Origin: Candidatus Bathyarchaeia archaeon
GTDB taxonomy: Archaea; Thermoproteota; Bathyarchaeia; Bathyarchaeales; Bathycorpusculaceae
Direction: 5' to 3'
DNA: 64,000 nt
Assembly (NCBI GenBank): GCA_049516875.1
Contig: JBEKSS010000001.1
Location: 448,001 to 512,000 of the forward strand
Both the position numbers and the translations under genes were made by a program. The notes beneath the pieces were generated by a model, which did no database searches, was not told the DNA's origin, and saw only the letters and a program-made list of their open reading frames with translations. Of this stretch, positions 53,564 through 63,397 are shown piece by piece (within the stretch, counting starts at the first letter, position 1; each line of letters starts with the position of its first letter).

Positions 53564-55945
53564 TCACACCCCACCGCTCAACGTCCTTTTCCAACTCCTC
53601 AACAAATCACCCAGCGAAGCATCCACAACCACCCCGCCAGTCAGCCCCCTAACGCACAGCCGAGGAGACTTCGTAACCTTGCCAACCTCACTGCAAACCC
53701 TGCCCTTCATCAAACCCTCAAACTCGTCCCGAGCTTTCGCTGAAACCTCCACCAGAAACCGACTGTTCGACTCCGAGAACAAGACAAAATCATCACGCCC
53801 AAAACCTTTCGCAGGAGCCTTGCGCAAATCCAACTCCAACCCATAACCACCGGCAAAAGCCATCTCCGCCGCCGCCACAGCCAGACCGCCCTCAGACAAG
53901 TCATGGCACGCCTTAACCAGTCCACAGTCAATCGCCCTAGTAACCGCCCTAAACCCCTTCCTAGCCCGACTACCACGCACTTTAGGAACAGACTTGCCCA
54001 GAAACCCTTTCAGCCTGTAATATTCCGACCCGCCTAGCTCCTGAAAAGTTTCGCCAACAACGTAGATAGAATCGCCCGGAGCCTTAACGTCCATCGAAAC
54101 TGTTGAACGAATATCAGGCACAAGCCCTAAAGCGGTGATTAGAAGCGTCGGCGTCACAGGCCCAAGCGGCGACTCGTTGTACAGGCTGTCTTTCCCGGAT
54201 ATGAACGGCGTTCCAAAAGCAACCGCAAAATCATAGCATGCTTCACAAGCCCGTACTAGGCTGCCCAGCCTTTCGGGCCTTTCAGGGTTTCCCCACGTGA
54301 AATTGTCCAGCAGCGCAATTCTTCTTCCTCCAACAGCAACGTTGTTCCTAACGGCCTCATCAATCGCCGAGGCAGCCATCCAGTAAGCGTCAATCTTTCC
54401 GAATTTCGGGTTCATTCCGCACGAAACCGCTATGCCTTTCCAAGAACCGTCCAACGGCTTCAGCACGGCCGCATCGTTCGGCCCCCCAAACTCGCCCTGC
54501 AACGGCTTAAGCACCGTGTTACCCTTAACCTCATGATCATAACTCCTCACAACGCTCTCCTTGCTCGCAACGTTAGGCGAAGCCAAAACCCCCAACAACA
54601 CATCATTCAAATCCTCAGGCTCAGAAAACATCGGCTCAGCATCATTCACCGGTCGGTATTCCGCCTTCCTCGTCAACTTAGGCGGCTCGAAAAGGAACGA
54701 AATGCCCATCTCCACAACCCTCTCCCCCTTATAATCGAGCCGAAGCATTCTGTCGGAAGTCAGTCTGCCGATGACCGTCGTTTCAACATTCTCCCCGCTG
54801 AAGACTCCCTGAACCCGCATAACGTTGTCAGGCGGCACCGTTAACAGCATTCTTTCCTGAGACTCTGAAACGTAGATTTCCCACGGAGCCAACCCCTCAT
54901 ACTTCAACGGCACCTTGTCAAGCTCAACCACTGCTCCGCAGTCATACTTGTTCGCTGTTTCACCGACAGCCGAGGACAGGCCTCCACCGCCCAAGTCCGT
55001 TATCCCCGATGCCAACCCCAAATCTCTGACCTGAACGATTGCCCTCTTCAACTTCTCCTCCTCAACAGGGTTCGCAATCTGCACCGCAGGCCGAGAAATC
55101 ATCTCAGACTTCTCCGTCAGCTCCGCAGACGCAAAAGTCACCCCGTGAACGCCTTCGCGACCCGTTTTTCCCCCGGCAAGCACAATCACGTCACCAGCCT
55201 TCGCGTCCTTCCTGAACCTGTCAAACCGTAGCAGCCCCACACAGCCGCAGTAGACAACAACGTTGCCGGTGTAGCTCTCGTCAAAGTATATCGCTCCGTT
55301 CACTGTTGGGATTCCCATGTTGTTGCCGTAGCTTCCAATCCCCGCCACGACCCCCATGTACAAGTACCTCGGATGTTTAACGCCGTTGGGCAGTTTTTCA
55401 TACTCAAAATCTAAGGGGCCAAAGCCCAGCACGTCGGTGCAGGCTATCGGGTCTGCCCACACGCCCAGAATGTCTCGGATGACGCCTCCCGTCCCCGTTG
55501 CCGCGCCGCCGAAAGGCTCCACCGCCGATGGATGGTTGTGAGTTTCAACCTTAACAGCTATACCGTATCCTTTGTCGAAGTTCACGATGCCCGCGTTGTC
55601 CTCAAACACAGAGAAGCACCAGTGTGGACTGATCTTCTTTGTCGCACCTGCGATGTACGTTTTGAAAAGGCCTTTGATACGTTTTCCGTCGAACCTGATA
55701 TTGTCCTTGAAAGTCTTGTGGAAGCAGTGCTCAGACCATGTCTGTGCGATAGTTTGAAGCTCCACATCGGTTGAGTTCCGTCCCCTCAAACTGAAATGGT
55801 CTTTGACAGCTTTCATCTCTCGCAGGCTCAGGGCCAGGCCAAGTTCACGGCTCATCTCCAGAAGCTGCTCGTCAGAGGCCCCCAGAACCCTCGCCTCAAA
55901 CAGGGAAAAAGGGGTTTTTCTCTGGACAAACAGGTTTGCCGTCAT
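53564..55945 (-). CDS. purL: FGAM synthase synthetase subunit
   Basis: WSEHCFHK, KVETHNHPSAVEP, SESQERM, HDLSEGG. Confidence 0.97.
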   Translation of the reverse strand: MTANLFVQRKTPFSLFEARVLGASDEQLLEMSRELGLALSLREMKAVKDHFSLRGRNSTDVELQTIAQTWSEHCFHKTFKDNIRFDGKRIKGLFKTYIAGATKKISPHWCFSVFEDNAGIVNFDKGYGIAVKVETHNHPSAVEPFGGAATGTGGVIRDILGVWADPIACTDVLGFGPLDFEYEKLPNGVKHPRYLYMGVVAGIGSYGNNMGIPTVNGAIYFDESYTGNVVVYCGCVGLLRFDRFRKDAKAGDVIVLAGGKTGREGVHGVTFASAELTEKSEMISRPAVQIANPVEEEKLKRAIVQVRDLGLASGITDLGGGGLSSAVGETANKYDCGAVVELDKVPLKYEGLAPWEIYVSESQERMLLTVPPDNVMRVQGVFSGENVETTVIGRLTSDRMLRLDYKGERVVEMGISFLFEPPKLTRKAEYRPVNDAEPMFSEPEDLNDVLLGVLASPNVASKESVVRSYDHEVKGNTVLKPLQGEFGGPNDAAVLKPLDGSWKGIAVSCGMNPKFGKIDAYWMAASAIDEAVRNNVAVGGRRIALLDNFTWGNPERPERLGSLVRACEACYDFAVAFGTPFISGKDSLYNESPLGPVTPTLLITALGLVPDIRSTVSMDVKAPGDSIYVVGETFQELGGSEYYRLKGFLGKSVPKVRGSRARKGFRAVTRAIDCGLVKACHDLSEGGLAVAAAEMAFAGGYGLELDLRKAPAKGFGRDDFVLFSESNSRFLVEVSAKARDEFEGLMKGRVCSEVGKVTKSPRLCVRGLTGGVVVDASLGDLLRSWKRTLSGGV

Positions 55946-56193
55946 CTTGTCTCCTCGACACTTATCGCAGAATCGTCCTTAGTCGGGTTCGCCAAAAGCC
56001 TCTTACACATTTCCACAGCTTCCGCTTGTGCCTCTTTCTTGGAGGAAGCTTCGAGAACAACCTTGTAGACTTTGCCGACGCCAACAGCTTTGACCTTGTA
56101 ACCCAGCTGTTTCAACAAGTCCCCGGTGGTCTCGCCCTCAGGGTCGCTGTGGCCCGGCTTCAGGCTGACTTCGATTTTGAGACGGTACTTCAT
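55942..56193 (-). CDS. purS: FGAM synthase PurS subunit
   Basis: LKPG..DPEG, GK, LLANP. Confidence 0.95.
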   Translation of the reverse strand: MKYRLKIEVSLKPGHSDPEGETTGDLLKQLGYKVKAVGVGKVYKVVLEASSKKEAQAEAVEMCKRLLANPTKDDSAISVEETR

Positions 56194-56247
56194 AGGCTAA
56201 ACTGGGCTAAAGCAGATTTAAACACTTTCATCACTATCTAGGCAAAT

Positions 56248-57330
56248 TCACTTCAGAATAATTCTCTTATTCTTGTATAGAATCTTGACTCCTTCTGCAC
56301 GCGTTACGTGACCTATTTCTTCAGCCTGGGTGCCTGTTTTTTCCAGAACGTCTATCGTCCTCTCGCCGTCCTTCTTGTCAACAATCAAAGCAAAGCCCCA
56401 TCCCATGTTAAACGTCTTAAACATCTCCTCATCAGTTATCGTCCCACCCATGTCGGCTGCGGTATTCTGAATCAGACTGAATATCGGTTGGGGTTTGAAA
56501 TTGTTGAACTCGAAACCTATGTCTCCTGAAAACTCTTTGAGCTTGTTGAACTTCATGTAAGCGTCGCCCGTCACGTGCACTGCAGCCTTGACCTCAATCT
56601 CCTCAGTGACCTTGAGGAAGGGCTTAACGTATATCGTGGTCGGTTCCAAAACCTCATCAACCACTTCCCTGTCCAAGCCCTCAGGAACCGCGTCAGCCTC
56701 GTACTTACCTCCCCACTGCTTGAACAGCACTCTCCTTACTAGGGATACGCCGTTGCTGTGGACGCCCGAACTGCGCAAGCCCACAATGACGTCTCCAGGT
56801 CTCACTTTTCTGCCCGAAATGACCTTACCCTTAGGCACTACTCCTATAGAGGCAAACACCATGTCGAAGCCCTTGCCTTCCGTCAAACCTTTGATGAGTT
56901 CAGCAACGTCGCCGATTTCGCCACTTGGCACCACACACTCGGCTTCTGCCGCGCCCTTCACTATTCCCTTCATGAACTCAAAAATCAACACGGGATCCGA
57001 CACCTGAGCGTGAATGTTGTCCGCCAAGGCAAGCGGCCGAGCCCCAGAACGAATCACGTCGTTAACGGCCACTGCTACACCGTCGACCCCAATAGTGTCG
57101 AACCTGTTTGCCAGCTGAGCGACCAGTACTTTCGTGCCCACCCCCTCAACCACCAAGTCCAGGTAGCAATCGCCAAAGGGAAAAATCCGCCCATAAGGAA
57201 GAACCACGACCTTGCCGTATTGGCTGAAACCATACGTTTTGTTCAGAATACTCAACGTTTTCTTGGACTCAGCTCTCAGATTCCTGTCAACTCCAGCGCC
57301 AGCGTAAGTAAGCTTGCGACCCAACACCAA
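56248..57330 (-). CDS. purM: AIR synthetase
   Basis: TYAGAGVD, EGVGTK, SSGVHSNG, HVTG, TFNMG. Confidence 0.95.
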   Translation of the reverse strand: MVLGRKLTYAGAGVDRNLRAESKKTLSILNKTYGFSQYGKVVVLPYGRIFPFGDCYLDLVVEGVGTKVLVAQLANRFDTIGVDGVAVAVNDVIRSGARPLALADNIHAQVSDPVLIFEFMKGIVKGAAEAECVVPSGEIGDVAELIKGLTEGKGFDMVFASIGVVPKGKVISGRKVRPGDVIVGLRSSGVHSNGVSLVRRVLFKQWGGKYEADAVPEGLDREVVDEVLEPTTIYVKPFLKVTEEIEVKAAVHVTGDAYMKFNKLKEFSGDIGFEFNNFKPQPIFSLIQNTAADMGGTITDEEMFKTFNMGWGFALIVDKKDGERTIDVLEKTGTQAEEIGHVTRAEGVKILYKNKRIILK

Positions 57331-57381
57331 CCCCGGTGATCTAGTTAATCGCTCTACTTATAAAATCGCACACGATGCATT

Positions 57382-58365
57382 CTAGCGCGCTCTGCGTTCT
57401 GAGTTCGAAATGATTTTCTTTCTGAAGAGCACGACCACTAACAAGACTGTCAGCATGAGCATTGAGGGTATTCGAATGTTTGGGAATTCGGGGATGGCGC
57501 TTGGGCTATCCAAGAATGTTACTGTCGTACCGTCTGTGGTTGCTACTATCGTTCCAGATCTGTAAGTGCCGTATACTGTGACGTTGTAGTTGAGGAGTCT
57601 CTGTACTGTCTCTGGGGCTGGATGTCCATAGGAATTGTTTAGACCACAGCTTATGACTGCGTATGTTGGTCGAACGCTATTGAGAAATGCGTCGGTTGTG
57701 CCGTACGCGCTTCCATGATGACCGACCTTCAAGACGTCGCCGCGCAGGTCCAATCCAGCGGTGAGCATGCTTTGCTCAGCTCCTGAGCAAGCGTCACCTT
57801 CCAAAAGAAAGGCTGTTTGACCCGTCCGAAGCTTCATCACGACGCTGTTTTCGTTTTGATCTGCAAATTCAAGGGGCTGAACCGGGTTAAAAACGGTCAG
57901 GTTCACCGTTGAGGTTAGAGTGTAGACTTGTCCTCGCTGAGCTGCAACGAGCGTATGGCTTCTGGCGAGCGTCATGAACTGAGTGTACGCTTGCGTGGTA
58001 TCTGATTCGTTGTTGATGATTACTTCGTCTACCTGAATGGCTGAGCTCAAAACGCTGATTAGCCCGCCTATGTGATCCTCATGCATGTGAGTAGCCACCA
58101 TCAGACTTAGATGCGTCACATTCAGTCCGTCAAGATAGCCTAGCAGTACACTTCCCGCCGACTTTGGTCCGCCATCTATTAATACTTCCACGCCATGTGC
58201 GTCAACGAGAATCGAATCGCCCTGACCAACGTCGAAAAAACGCACAGTGACCTTCAAATCGGACGCTGCAGCCACCGAGCAGCCAATCTTCAAACTTGAA
58301 AATGTCAACGCGAGAGCGACGAAAACAAACGAAGAGAATAATGAAAAAACACGATTTTCTCGCAC
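57382..58365 (-). CDS. Secreted ComEC/Rec2-type metallo-beta-lactamase-fold hydrolase with PEF-CTERM
   Basis: DVGQGDS, THMHEDHIGG, KVGHHGS, YGHP; IPEFP + TM + basic tail. Confidence 0.88.
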   Translation of the reverse strand: MRENRVFSLFSSFVFVALALTFSSLKIGCSVAAASDLKVTVRFFDVGQGDSILVDAHGVEVLIDGGPKSAGSVLLGYLDGLNVTHLSLMVATHMHEDHIGGLISVLSSAIQVDEVIINNESDTTQAYTQFMTLARSHTLVAAQRGQVYTLTSTVNLTVFNPVQPLEFADQNENSVVMKLRTGQTAFLLEGDACSGAEQSMLTAGLDLRGDVLKVGHHGSAYGTTDAFLNSVRPTYAVISCGLNNSYGHPAPETVQRLLNYNVTVYGTYRSGTIVATTDGTTVTFLDSPSAIPEFPNIRIPSMLMLTVLLVVVLFRKKIISNSERRAR

Positions 58366-58517
58366 GGAATTCCTTTTAGCATCGCAGACGTAAAAGATTT
58401 ACGAAAATCCCCTTGCTTTTGCCCGTGCTGACGGGGACGCCTCCCTCAAACACGAGTTCCAGACTTCAGTGCAAGGTCTTTTTCATAAGGTTTATATGAT
58501 TTCATGACTTAGTATTC

Positions 58518-60878
58518 TTGGAGCCACTGGGGAGGAGCAGTGGGAGTGTAATGAGAACCGAAGTTCTGCCTAGTCTACTCTTACTGTCCGTGTTGCTGTG
58601 CTCAGCCTTTGCTGGGATCAGACCTGTTCACGCCGATTTCGACGTCCGCAATGCCGCCTATTATGACAGAGTCAATAGTGTTCTTGGACTCACGTCGACG
58701 CAGCAGGACATGCTCCGCCAATACGGTTTTGTAACAGTATCCATTCCGAACATGACAACATTCGAGAACTTCTACGGCAACCTAGTCTGGCAGCATGACT
58801 TGCCCGTGATCGTCACCACCGATTCCTTCCTTCAACTGTTCCACGTAGTGTTTGATTGCTCCTTGAGAATCTTGGAGAAACAGGAGTTCTACCCGATGCT
58901 GCTAAACCTAACGTCGTACGCATTCAACGCTTCGCTGGCCGATTATGCGGCGATATCGCATGACGGTTCGCAGAAGCAGTGGGCCATCGGCAACGCCACG
59001 GTCTACTTTGCAGTTGCGTTGTCCCTGCTTACAAACACGGCTGTCAGCGTGCCGCTTGAGCTGTCAGACGATGTGGCTTTCTACCTAGAGAACATATGGT
59101 CTAGCAACTTGCAGTTCGTGCCAGCCGCATTTTGGAATGGGATATTAGTTCAGTATGATTTCACTCAGTTCACGGTGAGAGGTCACTATCTGGGCGACCC
59201 GCAACTGGAAAGCTACTTCCGCGCCATGATGTGGTACGGCCAGTTCCCCGTCTTCATCCCGCGGATAAATGAAAGCTATCTTTGGAGCGCTCCCCACATA
59301 GACGATGTCGCCATCGTCTACATGCGTGACTTGATGCATCGGAACCAACAGTACTTCAGCGAATGGGAGCTTGTGTACAACGTTACAAACGCCCTAGTGG
59401 GAAAGAGCGACTCCATCAATCTTCTCAGTCTCGAAACGGCACTTCACAGAGTGTTCGGAGACAATGAGGAATATCTCGACGTAGTGTTGCAACCTAACGG
59501 GACAACGGCCTTGAGAAACGAATTAGGGAAGCCTGAATACGCCCAAAGGATTCTGTCCCAAGCCGTGCAGCAGCCGACTCCGGGAGCAATCCTTCAAGCT
59601 TATCCACTTGTTTTTCAGTTCATGGGTCAACGGTTCGTTCCCGACTCCTACATCTTCCAAAACCTGTGCTGGGACAAGGTAGGCTACAATTCAACAGGAG
59701 ACCGAAGGATACTCCCCAAGGGCTTGGACGTCTTCGCCGTCGTAGGATCTCAACGCGCGTCCCAACTGCTCACCACAGACTTCGACTACGCTGGCTTTGA
59801 AAGAAACCTGACCTCGTTGAAACAGGAATTCGACAGCTTGAACGAAGAGAACTGGACCTACAGCTCCTACACTTCCTGGATCTACGCGTTGCAGAGCCTC
59901 GTCAACGTTAATTATACCAACGATTATCCTGATTTCATGAAGAACATGGCGTGGCAGGACGAAAAACTCAACACCGCCCTCGGCAGCTGGGCTCAGCTGA
60001 GACACGACACTATCCTGTATGCGAAGCAGACCTACGTACCCGTATATATTTGCAGCTACCCCGAAGCGTTCCTTGAGCCAAACCCAACTTTCTATTCCAG
60101 AATGCAGATCTTAGCCAACCAGACGCTCGAAGCCGTGAACATCCTCAAGCCTGAAATGATTGACAGCACGATCTTGAGCTCATTGAACACGCTGATTGAC
60201 GCATCAGGGCGTTTCGTAACGATTTCCGAAGAAGAGTTGGCGGGACACGCTCTGACGCCTGATGAGATTTCATTCCTGAAAAGCCTAGTGCAGACTTACG
60301 ACAGTGGTTGCGGCGGCCCAACCTACAGCGGCTGGTATGTTGACGTGCTTATGAGCATAACTCTTGCCGCAAACTACACTGCCGATTTGAATTCACGCCT
60401 AATTGCAGACGTTGCAACATTTCCGCCTGGAGACATGGACTACCCTCCTCAGATTCTTCATGTCGGCACGGGCGACGTCAACGCACTCGTCGCACTTTTC
60501 CCCTTGCCCAACGGCACTCTAGTAACTGGCGTGGGACCAGTATTCTCCTACTACGAGTTTCCACTGATAGGCACCAAGCGGTTGAACGACGAAGAATGGA
60601 GTGAAATGCTCAACTGGGACAACCAAACCGCCTACCTGCCAGCATGGCTAAAAGATGTGCACGCCCTAGCCGACCCCATCACCCCTGAGTACCCTAATCC
60701 AATTATGCTGACCGCTGCTATGGTGATTATTCTAATAAGTGTGGCTATAACGAGACGCGCCAAAATAAACAAGCGCGCGCTAACTTTCCCCAAACCCTCG
60801 CACAAACCCCGCCCCTCCAACCTCGCCATCTCCTCCCCCCGCAGAACCGACACTCAAAAACCCCGGAAAATCGAGTAA
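58518..60878 (+). CDS. DUF3160-family secreted protein with PEF-like anchor
   Basis: VTTDS, RGHY, FMGQRF.PDS, SWAQLRHDTILYAKQ, GPVFSYYEF; TPEYP + TM. Confidence 0.8.
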   Translation: MEPLGRSSGSVMRTEVLPSLLLLSVLLCSAFAGIRPVHADFDVRNAAYYDRVNSVLGLTSTQQDMLRQYGFVTVSIPNMTTFENFYGNLVWQHDLPVIVTTDSFLQLFHVVFDCSLRILEKQEFYPMLLNLTSYAFNASLADYAAISHDGSQKQWAIGNATVYFAVALSLLTNTAVSVPLELSDDVAFYLENIWSSNLQFVPAAFWNGILVQYDFTQFTVRGHYLGDPQLESYFRAMMWYGQFPVFIPRINESYLWSAPHIDDVAIVYMRDLMHRNQQYFSEWELVYNVTNALVGKSDSINLLSLETALHRVFGDNEEYLDVVLQPNGTTALRNELGKPEYAQRILSQAVQQPTPGAILQAYPLVFQFMGQRFVPDSYIFQNLCWDKVGYNSTGDRRILPKGLDVFAVVGSQRASQLLTTDFDYAGFERNLTSLKQEFDSLNEENWTYSSYTSWIYALQSLVNVNYTNDYPDFMKNMAWQDEKLNTALGSWAQLRHDTILYAKQTYVPVYICSYPEAFLEPNPTFYSRMQILANQTLEAVNILKPEMIDSTILSSLNTLIDASGRFVTISEEELAGHALTPDEISFLKSLVQTYDSGCGGPTYSGWYVDVLMSITLAANYTADLNSRLIADVATFPPGDMDYPPQILHVGTGDVNALVALFPLPNGTLVTGVGPVFSYYEFPLIGTKRLNDEEWSEMLNWDNQTAYLPAWLKDVHALADPITPEYPNPIMLTAAMVIILISVAITRRAKINKRALTFPKPSHKPRPSNLAISSPRRTDTQKPRKIE

Positions 60879-60994
60879 ACAGAAGCCTCAAACCAACATG
60901 TTTCAACATTGTTTTGACACTCAAAGAAATCGTGGACTGAGCACTCAAACACAAGGACTCAAAACTCAACATCGGCCCGCGCGCGGCTAGCACG

Positions 60995-61062
60995 AGTAAG
61001 CTTGCGACCCAAGACTAATCCCGCTAATGTAGTTAGCTGTTTAACTTATAAAATGGAACACG
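60995..61062 (-). repeat. Diverged copy of the purM 5' end and promoter (57307-57374)
   Basis: 68 bp ungapped, 54/68 identical by manual alignment. Confidence 0.85.
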
Positions 61063-61226
61063 CGCGCAAAAACATTTGTAACAAATCAACATTCTTCCAA
61101 CATACCTGAAACTCTCTTCTCTGACTCTCAGATTGTAACAAAAGCGCCGTCAAAAAAACTTTTGGAACGGTTTGTAACCGTTAGCGAAGCTCGACTTTAG
61201 CGCGCGAATTGTATTTCAACAGGAAT

Positions 61227-62094
61227 TTAAGGGCTTCGTGTGTAAACTGGTTTCTGTCTTCTTGAAGCAGGCTCCCATTTCTTGTAAAGAATCAGAATTG
61301 CCGTTACTGATGCGACAAGTACTAGTGCACTCAGCGCCGACGGAAATTCTGGAACGATTGTGTCGGATACTGTTGTGTACTGAGGCATGTTTGTGAAGTC
61401 CGTTTGGTTCGTGACGAAAGACTGGGCAGTTATCGTGCAGTTGACGACTTGTTCAGTCAGCTGCATGTTAAGATTGGATATGGAGAACTTTTTGACTTCG
61501 TTAACGTCTAACGTGGCGCCCTGGTAGATATTGGTTCCAATAACCGTTCCGTTCGAGTTATAGCCAATTGCGTAAACATAGAACCAGTCCGCTTTGACCG
61601 TGCCAGTGTTCTTTATCGTGCCGTTCAAGCTTGGGTTAACGCCCAGCACCTGACGATCCATTGTGATTTGAAGCCCAACGGGCAAACTTGCACAGTTCAA
61701 GAATGAAACAGTCGCGTTACAGTGATCTATGTTCTGTGAGCCTTTTGCGCTTGATATCATCTCTGGGCCGAACGGTGCCTTCTTCCCAACCATCAGAACG
61801 AAAGGATTACCGTACGAAGCGCTCCCGAGGGGAGCAACCTCTCGTGATTGAGGTCACCAGCGCGTTTGAGACGTTATAGCAGTTGACGTTTATCGACACG
61901 TTCGTGACCGGCTGATCTCCGACATTGTGGACTTCGCCCCAAACGTAATAATTCATCATTAGTGGCTCATAAAAGCCCCAAACCGACACCGTAACGTTTC
62001 CGGCGGCTCTGACCCTTGGCGCCATGGTTCCTGAAAGCACAAATGCAGCCACAATCAAAACTGCACAGACCATTATGCACTTAGCGTGTTTCAT
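61227..62094 (-). pseudogene. Secreted FxLYD-like two-domain protein with PEF-CTERM, frameshifted at ~61843
   Basis: GEVHNVG...CYN and GTIKNTG...GYNSNGTVIG domains; VPEFP + TM; one extra base joins the two ORFs. Confidence 0.65.
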
Positions 62095-62764
62095 GCTTAT
62101 TCACCCTGGTGACTTGAACCTAACTGCCAATTATGGAGGTCATTGGTTCTTAACGTTTTTGGTGAGTGAATAGTTGAAAGTTTAATTAATGAAAAGGCGA
62201 ACGCTTTCAGGAATAGTCCATAGTCTATCCACGAAAAGAAGCTCATTCCTCCGAGAATTGGTTTCTGTTACAGAAGCTCAAAAATCCCCAAAAATGATGT
62301 TGAGCACATTGTAATTCTGAGAATTGCCGAAAAACTGGGATTGTGACGGATTGTAACAGGTATTTTGTAGCAAAATGATGGGAAAAACCGTCTTTTCTCA
62401 CTTAGCGCGCGCTATGATAATAGGAGATGAACTGAAAGTGGAAACATGAGAGGCTTGGAGTGGAGATGTCTCCTGCATACCCGATTTCTTTTTGAGTAAA
62501 GAAGTGTCTAGGACATGTTGAAACGAGTGTGACAGGTGTTCGTTTTGGCTGACATAAAACTGACCGAGAAGGCACGGAAAGACTGGAATCGTTTGGCTGG
62601 AGAGTATCAGGCGTTCCGGTCCGGTAGACGGAATTTAAGAACTTTGCTACCTTCAAAGTTGGACTAAGACAAAGATATTCAGAAAGCGCGCGCCTTAATA
62701 GACAATTTAAGGCATGAGAAAGCTTTTATTCTTAATAGGACGACACAAAACAGAGGAAAAGAAA

Positions 62765-63397
62765 ATGACCCTTGAATCAAGCAAAACCTTAGGCGGCATA
62801 GGCGCACTACTGATGTTCATAGGGCTTATTCCGTACATTAACTATTTCGGCATCCTCGAAATTGTTGGCGGTATACTTGTTTTGGTTGCATTGCATGGGT
62901 TCGCTCGCATCTACAAAGAAAATGGAATCTTCGATAATGCACTTTATGGCTTAATCGCTGGCATAGTTGGTGTGGTCTTAGCAGTGGTAATTGGAATTGC
63001 AATCATTCTACCGAATATCAAAGATTTCCTGATAAAGCTGTATCCGAGCTGGAACGGCGACTGGTCAACCATTACGTCGTTTTCAGGTATGACTCCAAAC
63101 ACAAGCAACATCACCTTTGGAGACATTATTCCTTTCATTACAGCAGCAATAGTGATTCTTGTCACACTTTGGGTATTTGCAATAATAGCAACTATCCTTT
63201 TCAGACGCTCACTCAAACAACTTTCAGCAAGAACAAACGTAGGATTATTCTCAACGACAGGATTGCTATTTTTGATAGGCGCAGTGCTAATCATTGTTTT
63301 TGGATTAGGCCTACTTCTGTTGTGGATTGCAACGCTAATCTTAGCAATTGCCTTCTTCACAATGAAACCACAGGAAACTCAAGCACCTACAACGTGA
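62765..63397 (+). CDS. DUF996-family membrane protein
   Basis: SKTLGGIGALL...IFDNALYG...FSTTGL..IGAVL...LAIAFF. Confidence 0.8.
   Translation: MTLESSKTLGGIGALLMFIGLIPYINYFGILEIVGGILVLVALHGFARIYKENGIFDNALYGLIAGIVGVVLAVVIGIAIILPNIKDFLIKLYPSWNGDWSTITSFSGMTPNTSNITFGDIIPFITAAIVILVTLWVFAIIATILFRRSLKQLSARTNVGLFSTTGLLFLIGAVLIIVFGLGLLLLWIATLILAIAFFTMKPQETQAPTT

Noticed and set aside
61061-62414. CRISPR array or integron attC sites
   Set aside because: Repeats are only 7 bp and irregularly spaced; no RYYYAAC/GTTRRRY paired hairpins, no cas or intI gene
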